Positions 45,224 through 54,611 of a DNA stretch of 64,000 nucleotides are shown here, piece after piece (position 1 is the stretch's first letter; each line of letters begins with the position of its first letter). Under the pieces are notes generated by a model, which was given only the letters and a program-made list of their open reading frames with translations, ran no database searches and had not been told where the DNA came from. The DNA comes from a virus. Taxonomy: Duplodnaviria; Caudoviricetes. The stretch lies in the IMG/VR virus record IMGVR_UViG_3300044981_000214, one strand, 5' to 3'. The position numbers and the translations under genes are program-made.

Positions 45224-46009
45224 TTATCTCTGCGCCTTCTCCACTTGATTCTTCTCCAGCTCATCTATCTTCGACCTTAGTTGATCCCGTTCATCAAGAA
45301 GCTTAGTTAGCATGTTGACTCGGGTCAGGTTACGGTCTAAGGGTAGTTTAGGCGCACCAATATAGTCATTGTCTACATCATCGCCGTACATCATCATTCG
45401 CAGTTGTGTCTTGGCGTCATCGAGTGCGCGTTCGGCTTTATCAGCTCGCTCCGAACACGCCGTAAGCGCGTTGTTTAATTTGTCAGTCTCATCAATTTGG
45501 TCGTTGAGCTGCGACCTTAGTTGTTGCTCGCTGATCCCTAGATCGATAACTTTGCCGTTAGCGTGCGACAGCTGCATCCGTAAACCCAGAATCTGGCGCT
45601 CAGGTCCCGTTGCATGCTCTGGGTCTAGCCTCGTCATGATCTTGACGAAATTGTCCCATTGGATTGTAGCGCAACTACTTGTGCCGATTTCCAATTTCAC
45701 GAATACAGTACCAGGTCCAAAGTGCTCCATGTAGATCCGGTACGGCGTTTTTTCTTCGTCGCGCAAGACACCAGAAACAACTTCAGCGGTGCGCTTAACA
45801 GGAGCGTTGTTGTCACGAACGCTAGGTCCGACACTGTCGCGTACGCTAGGTCCGACACTGTCGCGTACACTCGGTCCGACACTGTCGCGTACACTAGGTC
45901 CGACACTGTCGCGAACGCTCGTTTCCGCCTTAGTGCGATAGCGATTACGCTCCGCACGAATGAACGCGACTAGCTCTTGGCCCTTATTAACTAGGTCGAC
46001 AAATTTCAT
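45224..46009 (-). CDS. coiled-coil protein with (SVRDSVGP)n insert
   Basis: heptad-rich C-terminal half. Confidence 0.7.
   Translation of the reverse strand: MKFVDLVNKGQELVAFIRAERNRYRTKAETSVRDSVGPSVRDSVGPSVRDSVGPSVRDSVGPSVRDNNAPVKRTAEVVSGVLRDEEKTPYRIYMEHFGPGTVFVKLEIGTSSCATIQWDNFVKIMTRLDPEHATGPERQILGLRMQLSHANGKVIDLGISEQQLRSQLNDQIDETDKLNNALTACSERADKAERALDDAKTQLRMMMYGDDVDNDYIGAPKLPLDRNLTRVNMLTKLLDERDQLRSKIDELEKNQVEKAQR
45811..45919. repeat. 24-bp tandem repeat, about 4.5 copies, palindromic core CGACA-C-TGTCG
   Basis: seen directly. Confidence 0.9.
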
Positions 46010-46182
46010 CTAGAAAAGCTCGCTTTCGTAAACCGCGGTGACTCAGTCTTCTTGACGTACTCCATAAACTGCTTGTCGAGCCCTTTCAATAAAGACTTGA
46101 TACGCGCCTCTTTTTCTTCCTCTTCAAGCCCCTCAACACGACCGTATGAGTCGTTCCAAGTAAGTGTTTTCTCAAATGCCAT
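46006..46182 (-). CDS. 58-aa hypothetical protein (not in ORF track)
   Basis: manual translation MAFEKTLTW...; ATGA coupling. Confidence 0.45.
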   Translation of the reverse strand: MAFEKTLTWNDSYGRVEGLEEEEKEARIKSLLKGLDKQFMEYVKKTESPRFTKASFSR

Positions 46183-46189
46183 TGTAAGG

Positions 46190-46534
46190 CTACTTCCAGT
46201 TGTCTAAAGCTGTCTTAGGAACGTCTATGTCCCACGATAAAGTCCCTAAAATCATGTCCGCCACGTCGACCCACGGTACATCGATATGGATAGCGTAGGG
46301 CTCAGCAAACAACCTCACGACCTCGCGGAAGCCTTCTGGACTAGGCGTCAATGTCAACGCGCTGACTGCAGCCTCTACAGCGTCGAAAAGCTCGTCGACC
46401 GACATGTCCAGATGCTCCGCAATTGGCTCCAGAACAAACCTTGCAGCGCTAGACCGCGCCTTGGGCAGAGAATCAAGAATATGGTTGGTCATAGAGAAAT
46501 TATTTACAGTTTGGACACAAATGTCCAACGCCAA
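46190..46534 (-). CDS. hypothetical protein
   Basis: start probably at MTNHIL. Confidence 0.55.
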   Translation of the reverse strand: MALDICVQTVNNFSMTNHILDSLPKARSSAARFVLEPIAEHLDMSVDELFDAVEAAVSALTLTPSPEGFREVVRLFAEPYAIHIDVPWVDVADMILGTLSWDIDVPKTALDNWK

Positions 46535-46718
46535 GCGGCGTTGATTTGTCGCGTACCCAACCTTCAGGAAGCGTTACCCTTAGGCTCTCTAATGCATAAT
46601 CGTCAAAAGTTCTGTCGTTGGAAGTAGTTGACCTGTATGGACCCGGTGACAGTGTGCCATCAGCAAAGTCGCTCTTGCTACATTTGCTACAGCTGATCAC
46701 GAGGACTAGCGTAATCAC
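46500..46718 (-). CDS. small zinc-finger protein
   Basis: CSKC..LPEGW..LCPNC. Confidence 0.55.
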   Translation of the reverse strand: MITLVLVISCSKCSKSDFADGTLSPGPYRSTTSNDRTFDDYALESLRVTLPEGWVRDKSTPLGVGHLCPNCK

Positions 46719-47305
46719 AAAGTCTCACTTTCGTGCGTGGTCGTAGAGACAACTAGCCGAAAGCCAATGATGTTTGGCCGTGCGTCCCATTCATGTTGCC
46801 TTGGAAAATCCTTATAGGCCAGTGCACGAGTCTTTATAAGCTTAATTTCTTCATCGGTAGGGCGACGACGAAGAAAAATTGCAACACTTTGATACGCAGG
46901 CCATTTGCGATGCTGCTCTGCTGGCTTTCCTTCTTTGCAGTCGGAACAGTTACTTTGTTTCTTGAACTTTCCTGAGTAAGCAGCTGGGAAATGTTCCCCG
47001 TGAACGTTATAGAAGCCAGGAGTGACGGTAATGCTCACATACGAGCGATGATATCCGTCATCGCCCGGATCTCTAATTCTCTCTTCTACAAGCTCATCTA
47101 AGGGTCCAGCTGCATACTCGCCTTTAATCTTGAGGGCTTTACGCGCTGCTTCTGCTTCATAAGTTGCGTAAGCTCTTTCGCCACAGCTTTCACTCATACC
47201 TGTGATGAATGAGAAAATCGGCCGTTCGAAATTGCCTGAATACGTATCAGTGTCAATTACGAAGGTGTATTTAATCTTCATAGGATCGATGCCAAGGAAA
47301 CGCAT
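46715..47305 (-). CDS. hypothetical phage protein
   Basis: IDTDTYSGNFER..ITG; YQSVAIF. Confidence 0.7.
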   Translation of the reverse strand: MRFLGIDPMKIKYTFVIDTDTYSGNFERPIFSFITGMSESCGERAYATYEAEAARKALKIKGEYAAGPLDELVEERIRDPGDDGYHRSYVSITVTPGFYNVHGEHFPAAYSGKFKKQSNCSDCKEGKPAEQHRKWPAYQSVAIFLRRRPTDEEIKLIKTRALAYKDFPRQHEWDARPNIIGFRLVVSTTTHESETL

Positions 47306-47308
47306 AGG

Positions 47309-47575
47309 TCAATAACGCCCGTGCTGACGCTTTCGCTCCTGCTGCTCGCGATACTTGTTAGTCTCCTTGACGTAAAGCTTCTCCAACTCGAAGCGATACC
47401 ACTTCTTAGGCGGGTTACCGTTCCAACTCACCATTGCTGTCTGCGTTTCTTTGTCGACAGAAATGATTCGGACCCTCCATAAGCCGAGTTCGCGCATCGT
47501 ACTGTTACCCATGCGATAGCTGTGGATATCCAATAGGATCATGCCAGGCTCGATCTTATCGAATTTGATGCTCAT
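47309..47575 (-). CDS. hypothetical phage protein (SH3-like)
   Basis: MGNSTMRELGLW..VSWNGNP. Confidence 0.65.
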   Translation of the reverse strand: MSIKFDKIEPGMILLDIHSYRMGNSTMRELGLWRVRIISVDKETQTAMVSWNGNPPKKWYRFELEKLYVKETNKYREQQERKRQHGRY

Positions 47576-47608
47576 AGACTCAACGAGTTGAATACCCTAC
47601 ATTATTTC
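47576..47608 (-). promoter_or_regulatory. GAAATA-N16-TCGTT promoter variant
   Basis: followed by 6 nt then ATG. Confidence 0.5.
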
Positions 47609-47609
47609 A

Positions 47610-48350
47610 TCAAATTCTACGCCAAATCGCCAAATTCATTTTGGAATGCGTCCGAGTAGTCTGATGCGTATAAGTCCAGCCTTGCACGAACTCCAACTTA
47701 CATCCAACCCTCCTAGCGAGCCCTGTCACCAGCTCACGTACACCTCGCCATCGAGTATCGTCATTCATGGCTGCAGGATCGCAGATATCTTCACCAGCAG
47801 CGGTCCAAACATCCCGTGCCGCGTGCTGAATACTACTCTCGCGGCCAACATAAAACGTCAACGCTATAATACCGTTTGGTGCCAGCCTAAAGCAGGTCTC
47901 GACAATTGCTGGCTGAACATACTTACGTGTCAGTAGTCCCATAAAATCAAGATAGGCAAATCCAATACGAGCATCTTTGGGCTTGTTCCGAAGGACTTCA
48001 ACAATGTCATCGCAAATTGTGTTCACACCAGGATAGCGCGCTTTAAGGCCATCAAATCCTGTAAGTATTGCTGCTCGCGTAGTTGGCTCTTTAGCCCAGT
48101 CTACAAAGGTACTGAGTCTTGGATCCCTACGCAAATGATCAAACAGCAACGAGGCTTCATACTCAGCTTCGTGTCCGGCTAGCGTAATAGTCTCAGCCCA
48201 TCTCGGTGTCGATACAACGTGTTCCTTGTAGAGCTGCAGGCGCACGGTGTTTTTAGACAGATCAGCGACTGGGTAGACACCCTCTGCGTAGCGTTTGTTA
48301 GTACGCAACATTGGCGAGACATCTAAGCCGGAATTGGCAGATGCTGTCAA
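47610..48350 (-). CDS. Rossmann/methyltransferase-like protein
   Basis: DDIVEVL..FAYLDFMG...LAPNGIIALTF. Confidence 0.5.
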   Translation of the reverse strand: MTASANSGLDVSPMLRTNKRYAEGVYPVADLSKNTVRLQLYKEHVVSTPRWAETITLAGHEAEYEASLLFDHLRRDPRLSTFVDWAKEPTTRAAILTGFDGLKARYPGVNTICDDIVEVLRNKPKDARIGFAYLDFMGLLTRKYVQPAIVETCFRLAPNGIIALTFYVGRESSIQHAARDVWTAAGEDICDPAAMNDDTRWRGVRELVTGLARRVGCKLEFVQGWTYTHQTTRTHSKMNLAIWRRI

Positions 48351-48353
48351 GGG

Positions 48354-49136
48354 CTACTTAGCTACCGTCCAGTTGTAGGTGGCCCCGTTGTGAACGTCGC
48401 CGCGCGTAATCTTTCCCTGATCCTTGAGCTGGGTCAGGACACGGAACGTGATCTCCCACGGCCTGCCAATTGCCTTCTTGACACCGTTGGTCGTGATTCC
48501 ACCGTTCTTGGTGGCAGCGATTACAACCTTCAGAGCCTTCTCAGCAGACTTCGCGTCCCTCTCGGGGTACATAGACTTCATGTTCCTCGGCTTATCCGTC
48601 GAAGACTTATCAGTCGAATCCTGAAACGTCTGCAGTGCACTGCGCCAATCGCGTAGCTGATTCAACGTGATGTTGTAGTACGCGCGAAACCGACGCTTAT
48701 CTACGAGCAAGGGCAAATTGTCATACACAGCCAGTACCCCAACCCGGTCGCTCTTGGTATAGCTACCATCAGCGTTTGGTTGAACGCGGCAAGCAAATGA
48801 ATTTGCAGCCGTGTCAGCACGCTTCGTAACAGGTCCGTTCAAATTCTTCTTTGGAGAAGCAGGGAAAGGGAATGCAGGCGCATTACCCAAATCGTACATC
48901 ATGATACTTGGGGGCTTACTTGGTGCCTTAGCGGGCTTAACCGACTTCACACGATCCGAGACATCGGTCGGGCTCTCGCCGTGCGTGAGCTGCTGGTACT
49001 CGATCCAGCCCTCAGTCAACATGCGATCACCCGTCATCATTTTCTCGTAAGCGTCCCCAATCATCTTTTGACGCTGCGTCCAGCTGGCCTTCAAATCAGC
49101 AAAGTTCTTCATTGCCTTAATTCCTTTATCTTTCAT
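48354..49136 (-). CDS. probable DNA-binding protein with HTH and C-terminal wHTH
   Basis: YNITLNQLRDW; VLTQLKDQGKI. Confidence 0.6.
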   Translation of the reverse strand: MKDKGIKAMKNFADLKASWTQRQKMIGDAYEKMMTGDRMLTEGWIEYQQLTHGESPTDVSDRVKSVKPAKAPSKPPSIMMYDLGNAPAFPFPASPKKNLNGPVTKRADTAANSFACRVQPNADGSYTKSDRVGVLAVYDNLPLLVDKRRFRAYYNITLNQLRDWRSALQTFQDSTDKSSTDKPRNMKSMYPERDAKSAEKALKVVIAATKNGGITTNGVKKAIGRPWEITFRVLTQLKDQGKITRGDVHNGATYNWTVAK

Positions 49137-49161
49137 CTAGGCGTTCGTTGCCTGTTTGTGC

Positions 49162-49187
49162 AACGTTTAGCCGCCTAACGATATTTC
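49162..49187 (-). promoter_or_regulatory. GAAATA-N15-ACGTT promoter (leadered)
   Basis: GAAATA TCGTTAGGCGGCTAA ACGTT. Confidence 0.65.
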
Positions 49188-49395
49188 ACGAAAGATCGTA
49201 CGTGCCGCGAGTCAGGTGCGCCCGCAGAGCTGCAATATTGCCTCGGGTGATACCCGGAAAGGCCTTGAGCACGGCCTCCGTAGTAGCCTCCCTGCGAAGC
49301 ATGGTGATGACCTTGTCCTTGATCCACGGGTTAGTAGTCTCACTACGGGTCTCACGATACCGCCGCGACTTGTCCTTGTTGTTATAGTTCCTCAT
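49186..49395 (-). CDS. small HTH-like protein
   Basis: ITRGNIAALRAHLTRGTY. Confidence 0.55.
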   Translation of the reverse strand: MRNYNNKDKSRRYRETRSETTNPWIKDKVITMLRREATTEAVLKAFPGITRGNIAALRAHLTRGTYDLS

Positions 49396-50168
49396 GCTGC
49401 TTCCTCCTCTTTTTCTTTGTTAGCATCACTCAACGCATCTTGAGAAGTAAAATGTGCAATGGCAGATTCGATTGCATCGAGATCGAGATCGCGACCTGCA
49501 AGTCTGGCCGCTTGCCGCGTAGATTTGTCGCCAGCGCCACGTATAGCCGCCTTGATTTCAGACGCAGCCTGCAACGCCCGCTCGACGGCAAACCTGATGA
49601 TATCGCTTTGGATACCTACTGCAAGCTGTTCGAGATTAATTGCTCGGATCTTGAGCTTATGAATCGAGGCGACATCACCGCATCGAAGTGCATCTCGCAA
49701 TGCAGTGAGCACACCACGAACGGTGGCAGCAATTTCTTTGACTGCCTCGGGCTGTGCCAAGTCGAGTTTCAGCGGCACGACGTCGATTTGAACTCGACGC
49801 TTGGAATTAGCCTTAGCGGCCTTTTTGTTGAGCTGAACAGCTTAAAGCTTAAGCTCGTCGACCTCGGTACGGACTTTGGCAAGCCTGACATCGTCGGCAA
49901 AACAGCCAATCTCTGTACGGGTACAATGCTTCCTGAGGACATAGTCCACGCGCTTGACCAACGAGTCCATCGCAGAAACGATCTCAACGTTATCGACGGT
50001 CTTGCGGGTCTTGTGGTCGGTCACTTGACGCTTATCGAGTGAGATATGATCCTCGATAAGCTCACGCGTATAATGGACACCCCCGGTTGCATTAGACCTA
50101 TCGCGAATGATCCAACCGGGGCGAAATCGAAAAGTATTTTCCGTGCTTATCCGGTTGTCACCACTCAT
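49392..50168 (-). pseudogene. single ~258-codon gene split by an in-frame TAA (49842..49844)
   Basis: ..DELKL*AVQLNKKAAKANSKRRVQIDVVPLKLD.. continues in frame. Confidence 0.7.
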
Positions 50169-50341
50169 GACTTCGCGCACTTCGTGAGGTGGTTCTCGAC
50201 GATCTGCCTCCAAGCAATCTCGATCTCCTTTTGAATTTCCTCATCAATCGATTCCCATGTTTGACGCAGCCCTCGACGAGATTTCGCATCTTGGAGGATC
50301 TCGAACACGATCTGATGAGCACAATCTGATGGGTGTGCCAT
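50165..50341 (-). CDS. 58-aa phage protein (not in ORF track)
   Basis: RRGLRQTWESIDEEIQKEI...W; ATGA coupling. Confidence 0.55.
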   Translation of the reverse strand: MAHPSDCAHQIVFEILQDAKSRRGLRQTWESIDEEIQKEIEIAWRQIVENHLTKCAKS

Positions 50342-50397
50342 TAGCTAACCTCGTGATGTGGTGTTAACCGGATAAGCATGGTATTTTCCATGGAAAT

Positions 50398-50700
50398 TTA
50401 CACAGATTGCATCAGCCGACGAAACTTCTTAGTAGAGCCACAACGTGTGCGGAATTGCCCCACGATCTTGTCGATTGCTTCGTCTTCGGTAGAACCGTAG
50501 CCAACGAACAAGGTTCGGTAACCGTCAAGTAGCTGATCATCGGCAACAATCTCGATTTGGCAGCGATTTGCCTTGCTGGAAACGTTTAGCGTCATCTGTG
50601 CTTTGACCTCGGATGTACTGTCGATAAGAGCAGAATTTGCGAGGAGTTTTTCCGCAAACGTAACCAACGACAGCAATTTTTTGTTAAGCGTATTCTTCAT
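50398..50700 (-). CDS. hypothetical protein (leaderless)
   Basis: promoter motif. Confidence 0.65.
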   Translation of the reverse strand: MKNTLNKKLLSLVTFAEKLLANSALIDSTSEVKAQMTLNVSSKANRCQIEIVADDQLLDGYRTLFVGYGSTEDEAIDKIVGQFRTRCGSTKKFRRLMQSV

Positions 50701-50734
50701 AAGCCTGAAACGCTTGGTTGGCGTTTCCTATTTC
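50701..50734 (-). promoter_or_regulatory. GAAATA-N15-GCGTT promoter
   Basis: GAAATA GGAAACGCCAACCAA GCGTT TCAGGCTT ATG. Confidence 0.75.
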
Positions 50735-50993
50735 AAAACAAAGAAGATTTGATTACTGCATGAGCAAATAATGTCCGCCGCGGACGTGCTGGTGGCGTAT
50801 CTGTAATTTCAACAGTAAATAGTGTGCCGCACTTACGACACAGCTCTTCATCTCCACGGATACCCTCTAAAACATCGTCTGGAGCATTTTCTAGTGTATA
50901 AGTATCCAGTAGACAGTCACCTGATTTCGATTGAAATTCATTAGGCGTATCGCAACGCGGACAAGGAACCATTACTGTATCAAACATGCCCAT
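50733..50993 (-). CDS. phage zinc-ribbon protein
   Basis: MGMFDTV..CP.C...FQSKSGDC.L..Y. Confidence 0.7.
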   Translation of the reverse strand: MGMFDTVMVPCPRCDTPNEFQSKSGDCLLDTYTLENAPDDVLEGIRGDEELCRKCGTLFTVEITDTPPARPRRTLFAHAVIKSSLF

Positions 50994-50995
50994 TA

Positions 50996-52294
50996 TTAAA
51001 TCTCCACATCGATAGCCCGCGCGTAAACCGGCACGTCTTTATGATTCTTGGACCCTAGCAGCGCAACCACCGTACGGTGGACGTTGGCAGGCTTCGGAGG
51101 CCAAGTTCCCCAGATTTCTCCATCAGTCAAGTGCACCATCGTATTAAAGCGCCCCCGCTCCTTGCCCACACGTTCGTAGGCTTCATCGAATGAAGTGCCG
51201 CCTCGGCCCTTCATTTTGGAAGAAACAAACTTGATCACGTTCCCCTTGCCACCAGGACGAATCCAGCAAGCTTCCTGGACGCCTGCATCATGCACGACAA
51301 GAAAAACAGGCACGTTGGTGTGATTGACAATAGCTGTAGTCTCAGCAACAGCACGGTTCAGGTCGTCGTCGGACATTGAGCCAGACGTGTCAATTACCAC
51401 ACTCACACGGCACTTATGCGTCACACCACCAGGGAAGATAAATTGCGTATTCGAGCGCCGTGAGCGCCTACTCCACGAGACATCATCATGGCCTGCTGCT
51501 GCAAGCGCTCGACTCAATGCTCCACGGAGGACTTCACCCCAACGGACTTTTGGCTCAGGTACGTTAAGTAGCTTGGCGAGCAAATTGCCTGCACCGTCGC
51601 CAGCACGCTGACCTTCCATTTGTGCTTGGACGGCTGCTTCGTGCCACTGTCGCTTAGCTGCTTCGATTTCGTCGCGCGTTAGTGGTGTACCGTCCTCGTG
51701 CCGAGGCGTCTCATCGTCGTTGGAGCCACTACCTGAATCGCCCATCACACCGCAGCCATTGCCCGCTACAGTCTGTTCGGGATCTTGACCTTCAAGACCC
51801 GGATCATCAGGCGTCTGATTGTAGAGTTCTTCCGACGTTAGCTCGGCTTCTGCGTCAGTTGCAATGACACCGCACTTAGGCATACGAAAAATATCGTGCT
51901 TCGTATTGCCAACCAACGTCTTTTCAATTTCTTTGAGATTGTAGTTAATGATTTTGTCATTAACGAAGTTCCACTTACCATGCTTACGCGTACCACGTCG
52001 GCCGTGGTGCATCATAAACAGGTGCATGATTTCGTGTGCAATCACGAACCTGACTTCTGGGTCACTCAATGTTGCAGCCCATTTAGGCGAGAATCTAACA
52101 ATGCCGTTAATCTGTACGCATGCCGTAGCGATACGTTCATCGGCACGAAATTCAATTCGCGCCAGACCAGGCATGAAGAAAGGACTGATCTTCCAACCAA
52201 GTACGAGCGTTTGAGCCTTCAGACGCTCGACCAGCGCACGATTGGCTGCAGGGTCGCTCTTCTGCGGATTAGGATCTTTGGTTGGAGCCGGCAT
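50996..52294 (-). CDS. metallopeptidase-VWA domain protein (DUF2201-like)
   Basis: HEIMH; DTSGSMS (MIDAS), GRGGTSF, LTDG. Confidence 0.88.
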   Translation of the reverse strand: MPAPTKDPNPQKSDPAANRALVERLKAQTLVLGWKISPFFMPGLARIEFRADERIATACVQINGIVRFSPKWAATLSDPEVRFVIAHEIMHLFMMHHGRRGTRKHGKWNFVNDKIINYNLKEIEKTLVGNTKHDIFRMPKCGVIATDAEAELTSEELYNQTPDDPGLEGQDPEQTVAGNGCGVMGDSGSGSNDDETPRHEDGTPLTRDEIEAAKRQWHEAAVQAQMEGQRAGDGAGNLLAKLLNVPEPKVRWGEVLRGALSRALAAAGHDDVSWSRRSRRSNTQFIFPGGVTHKCRVSVVIDTSGSMSDDDLNRAVAETTAIVNHTNVPVFLVVHDAGVQEACWIRPGGKGNVIKFVSSKMKGRGGTSFDEAYERVGKERGRFNTMVHLTDGEIWGTWPPKPANVHRTVVALLGSKNHKDVPVYARAIDVEI

Positions 52295-52298
52295 AATT

Positions 52299-52535
52299 TT
52301 ATGATACCGGTTTATCGGTACAGAAAGCCAGGCAGATAGGGTTAGGGGAGGCTAGAATCTCCTTAAGCGTCAAAAGACCTGTCTTTAGGAAGTATTTGCT
52401 CATGGAGGCCAGAACATATATCTTGTCGTCCGACGCCACAGGTTCATACCTATTCAACGCAGTTCTAATATCCCTAGCTAGTTCAACAGTGACACCGTTC
52501 GCATCGAGTCGCTCTTTCAACTCGGCCCAAGTCAT
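52299..52535 (-). CDS. hypothetical protein
   Basis: coupled between the AAA and VWA genes. Confidence 0.5.
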   Translation of the reverse strand: MTWAELKERLDANGVTVELARDIRTALNRYEPVASDDKIYVLASMSKYFLKTGLLTLKEILASPNPICLAFCTDKPVS

Positions 52536-53611
52536 TTCGTCATCCCCTTGTTGGTCTTAGCCAACATCCTGATCTGTGCCTTCTTGCCCTCGGTAAAGAA
52601 CAAGGTTTTCGTGGTGTCCTTGCGCATGACCAACATACGAGCACAAGCAGCACCAATCTCAGGCGTCAGACGGTCAGCGTAAATCCAGGCTGCATAACTG
52701 TCTTTCTCGGCGACGCGAGCAAGCAAGCCGACCGCAGCAATCTGCTTGTCCTTGCCCTCGGGAACCTTCGCGCTAGCTGGGTTGGTCGCGATCTCTTCGA
52801 CACTCGGCAACGACTTGCGTTGCTTGCGGATACCGAAGAAAGTAATCGCTTTGTGCTCTCCGACAGCACCGGCAAGAATCGAATAACCGATGCTGTCTTC
52901 CTCTTTGGAGTTGTTGTAGCCAACACCTGCCTTGTCGCAATAATGCGCGTAGGCTTGGAGTCCGCGGTCCCAAGCCCGAGGGCTTCCAAAGGGCAGCCCA
53001 CCATCGATAGAGGCCTTAGGTGGGCTCATGTCGAGCAAGTCACTGTTGACTGACAACGTACCAGCAAAGTCAACGAACTCGTCGAAAACACGAGTACCAG
53101 ACTTCTGAGCGTTGGTGAAGTAGCCCATGATCTCGTCGATATCAGGCTGAAAGTCGTCAAGACGGACAACGCGGTTGACCGTCGCTGCGTCCAGCTCGAT
53201 GCCACCAGGACACTCCTCTGGGCGATTCGCAGCAGCCACGACAACAGAATCCTTATGAAGCTGTTGTCCGCCCGCATAACCTTCAAGCATCAAACGCATC
53301 AACGGGGCTCTCACAGAGGCACTACATGTGGTGATTTCATCCAAGAAAAGTATTCCCGGCTTATCCACACAGGCTTGAATCTGAGGCAGAAGCGCGCGGC
53401 GAAATTCGCCGTCAACAATATACGGCATACCGCCGATATCTGTCACATCACAATTCGAAGCTAGCAACTCATGGCACGGCAACTTGAAGTCTCTTGCAAC
53501 TTCACGAATACATGCGGTTTTGGCCACTCCTGGTGGACCGACCAATAGGACTGTAATCTTGGCGTCAACACAGGCGGAAATCGCCTGCTTAGCTTGCTTG
53601 AAATTCAACAT
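52532..53611 (-). CDS. MoxR-like AAA+ ATPase
   Basis: GPPGVAKT, LFLDE, AAANRPE, NR, SPRAW. Confidence 0.9.
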   Translation of the reverse strand: MLNFKQAKQAISACVDAKITVLLVGPPGVAKTACIREVARDFKLPCHELLASNCDVTDIGGMPYIVDGEFRRALLPQIQACVDKPGILFLDEITTCSASVRAPLMRLMLEGYAGGQQLHKDSVVVAAANRPEECPGGIELDAATVNRVVRLDDFQPDIDEIMGYFTNAQKSGTRVFDEFVDFAGTLSVNSDLLDMSPPKASIDGGLPFGSPRAWDRGLQAYAHYCDKAGVGYNNSKEEDSIGYSILAGAVGEHKAITFFGIRKQRKSLPSVEEIATNPASAKVPEGKDKQIAAVGLLARVAEKDSYAAWIYADRLTPEIGAACARMLVMRKDTTKTLFFTEGKKAQIRMLAKTNKGMTK

Positions 53612-53696
53612 CGATACCTTTACCTTAGAGAAGAGCTGTGAAACTTGTCAAGAGTAAGTTGTAGAATTTGGACAGTCTTGCGTGTCGGAGTAAAAT

Positions 53697-54611
53697 GTGT
53701 TAAATGTCTTGACCTTGGCAGATACAACCGACGCGGCGTGGCTGGTAAAATGCCCTGTATGCGACCGTTCGTTCAAGCGCATAAGTACAGGACATCTAAA
53801 TACACACGGCTTGACCTTGTTACAAGCCCGAGAACGTTTCCCGGGCATGCTAACAGAAGCACCTGAGGCAACCAAGGCTAGAGTAGGGAAGTCGTCGGCA
53901 ACATTACGAGAACGCATAAAGTCCGATCCAGAAGTGGCCGCGTTCTGGGCTGCGCACGGGAAGAAGTTGTATGAAAGGCTAGAAAGAAAAACCACGAAAC
54001 AAGAACGACGAGATCGCTCTATTAATTCCCTCCAAGCTTGGCGGGACACTATGTCGTCGGAAGAACTAAGTGAAACGTCTCGAAAAAGAATGGCAACAGC
54101 GCGTGAACGGTTCCCCGATTTAGCTAGTATGGGCGGCATAGCAGCAGGAGAATTCCAAAGGAAGCCAGAGACCCGGAAAGTGACTTCGAAGCGATTTAAG
54201 AAACTCTGGGAGGACCCTGAGCATCGAGCCAAGGTATCAGCAGCGAATTCGAAGGCGGCGATTGAAGGGCGTATTCCTGTTGTTTTCAATGCATCACGTC
54301 CGACGGAACTTGAGAAACGTTTAATAATCCTGTTCAAGAATTGGGGAATACCGTTCCGATATACAGGAGACGGATCGTTCAGAATTCCAACACCAGATGG
54401 ATGCCGAAATTGGCGAAATCCTGATTTCATCCATACAGACAACATAAAGTCAGCGATCTTATTAGATTCTTATGTTTCAGCAGAACATGATAGCGAGACA
54501 GCAGATTATGCCAACGCAGGGTGGAAGATCCTTAGAATAAACGTAGCCGAGATGAACGATCCCGAATGGCTACAACACAAGCTCCAAATATTTATCGCTG
54601 GCCTAGTTTGA
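53697..54611 (+). CDS. free-standing homing-endonuclease-like protein (Zn finger, helical repeats, Vsr/PD-(D/E)xK-like domain)
   Basis: CPVC..HL..H; NPDF; GWKILRI; opposite strand to its neighbours. Confidence 0.7.
   Translation: MLNVLTLADTTDAAWLVKCPVCDRSFKRISTGHLNTHGLTLLQARERFPGMLTEAPEATKARVGKSSATLRERIKSDPEVAAFWAAHGKKLYERLERKTTKQERRDRSINSLQAWRDTMSSEELSETSRKRMATARERFPDLASMGGIAAGEFQRKPETRKVTSKRFKKLWEDPEHRAKVSAANSKAAIEGRIPVVFNASRPTELEKRLIILFKNWGIPFRYTGDGSFRIPTPDGCRNWRNPDFIHTDNIKSAILLDSYVSAEHDSETADYANAGWKILRINVAEMNDPEWLQHKLQIFIAGLV

Noticed and set aside
45811-45919. CRISPR array
   Set aside because: The units are contiguous with no unique spacers, lie in frame within a CDS, and there are no cas genes. 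The same applies to 17388..17446 and 21119..21155.
49440-50042. 200-aa + strand ORF
   Set aside because: Antisense shadow of the interrupted minus-strand gene.
47610-50213. Stop-codon reassignment (in-frame TAG at 48354, TAA at 49842, TAA at 7565)
   Set aside because: All three stop codons terminate many coupled genes normally, and the long genes are intact in code 11.
53648-54445. 265-aa - strand ORF
   Set aside because: Antisense to the endonuclease-like gene, which carries the recognisable motifs.
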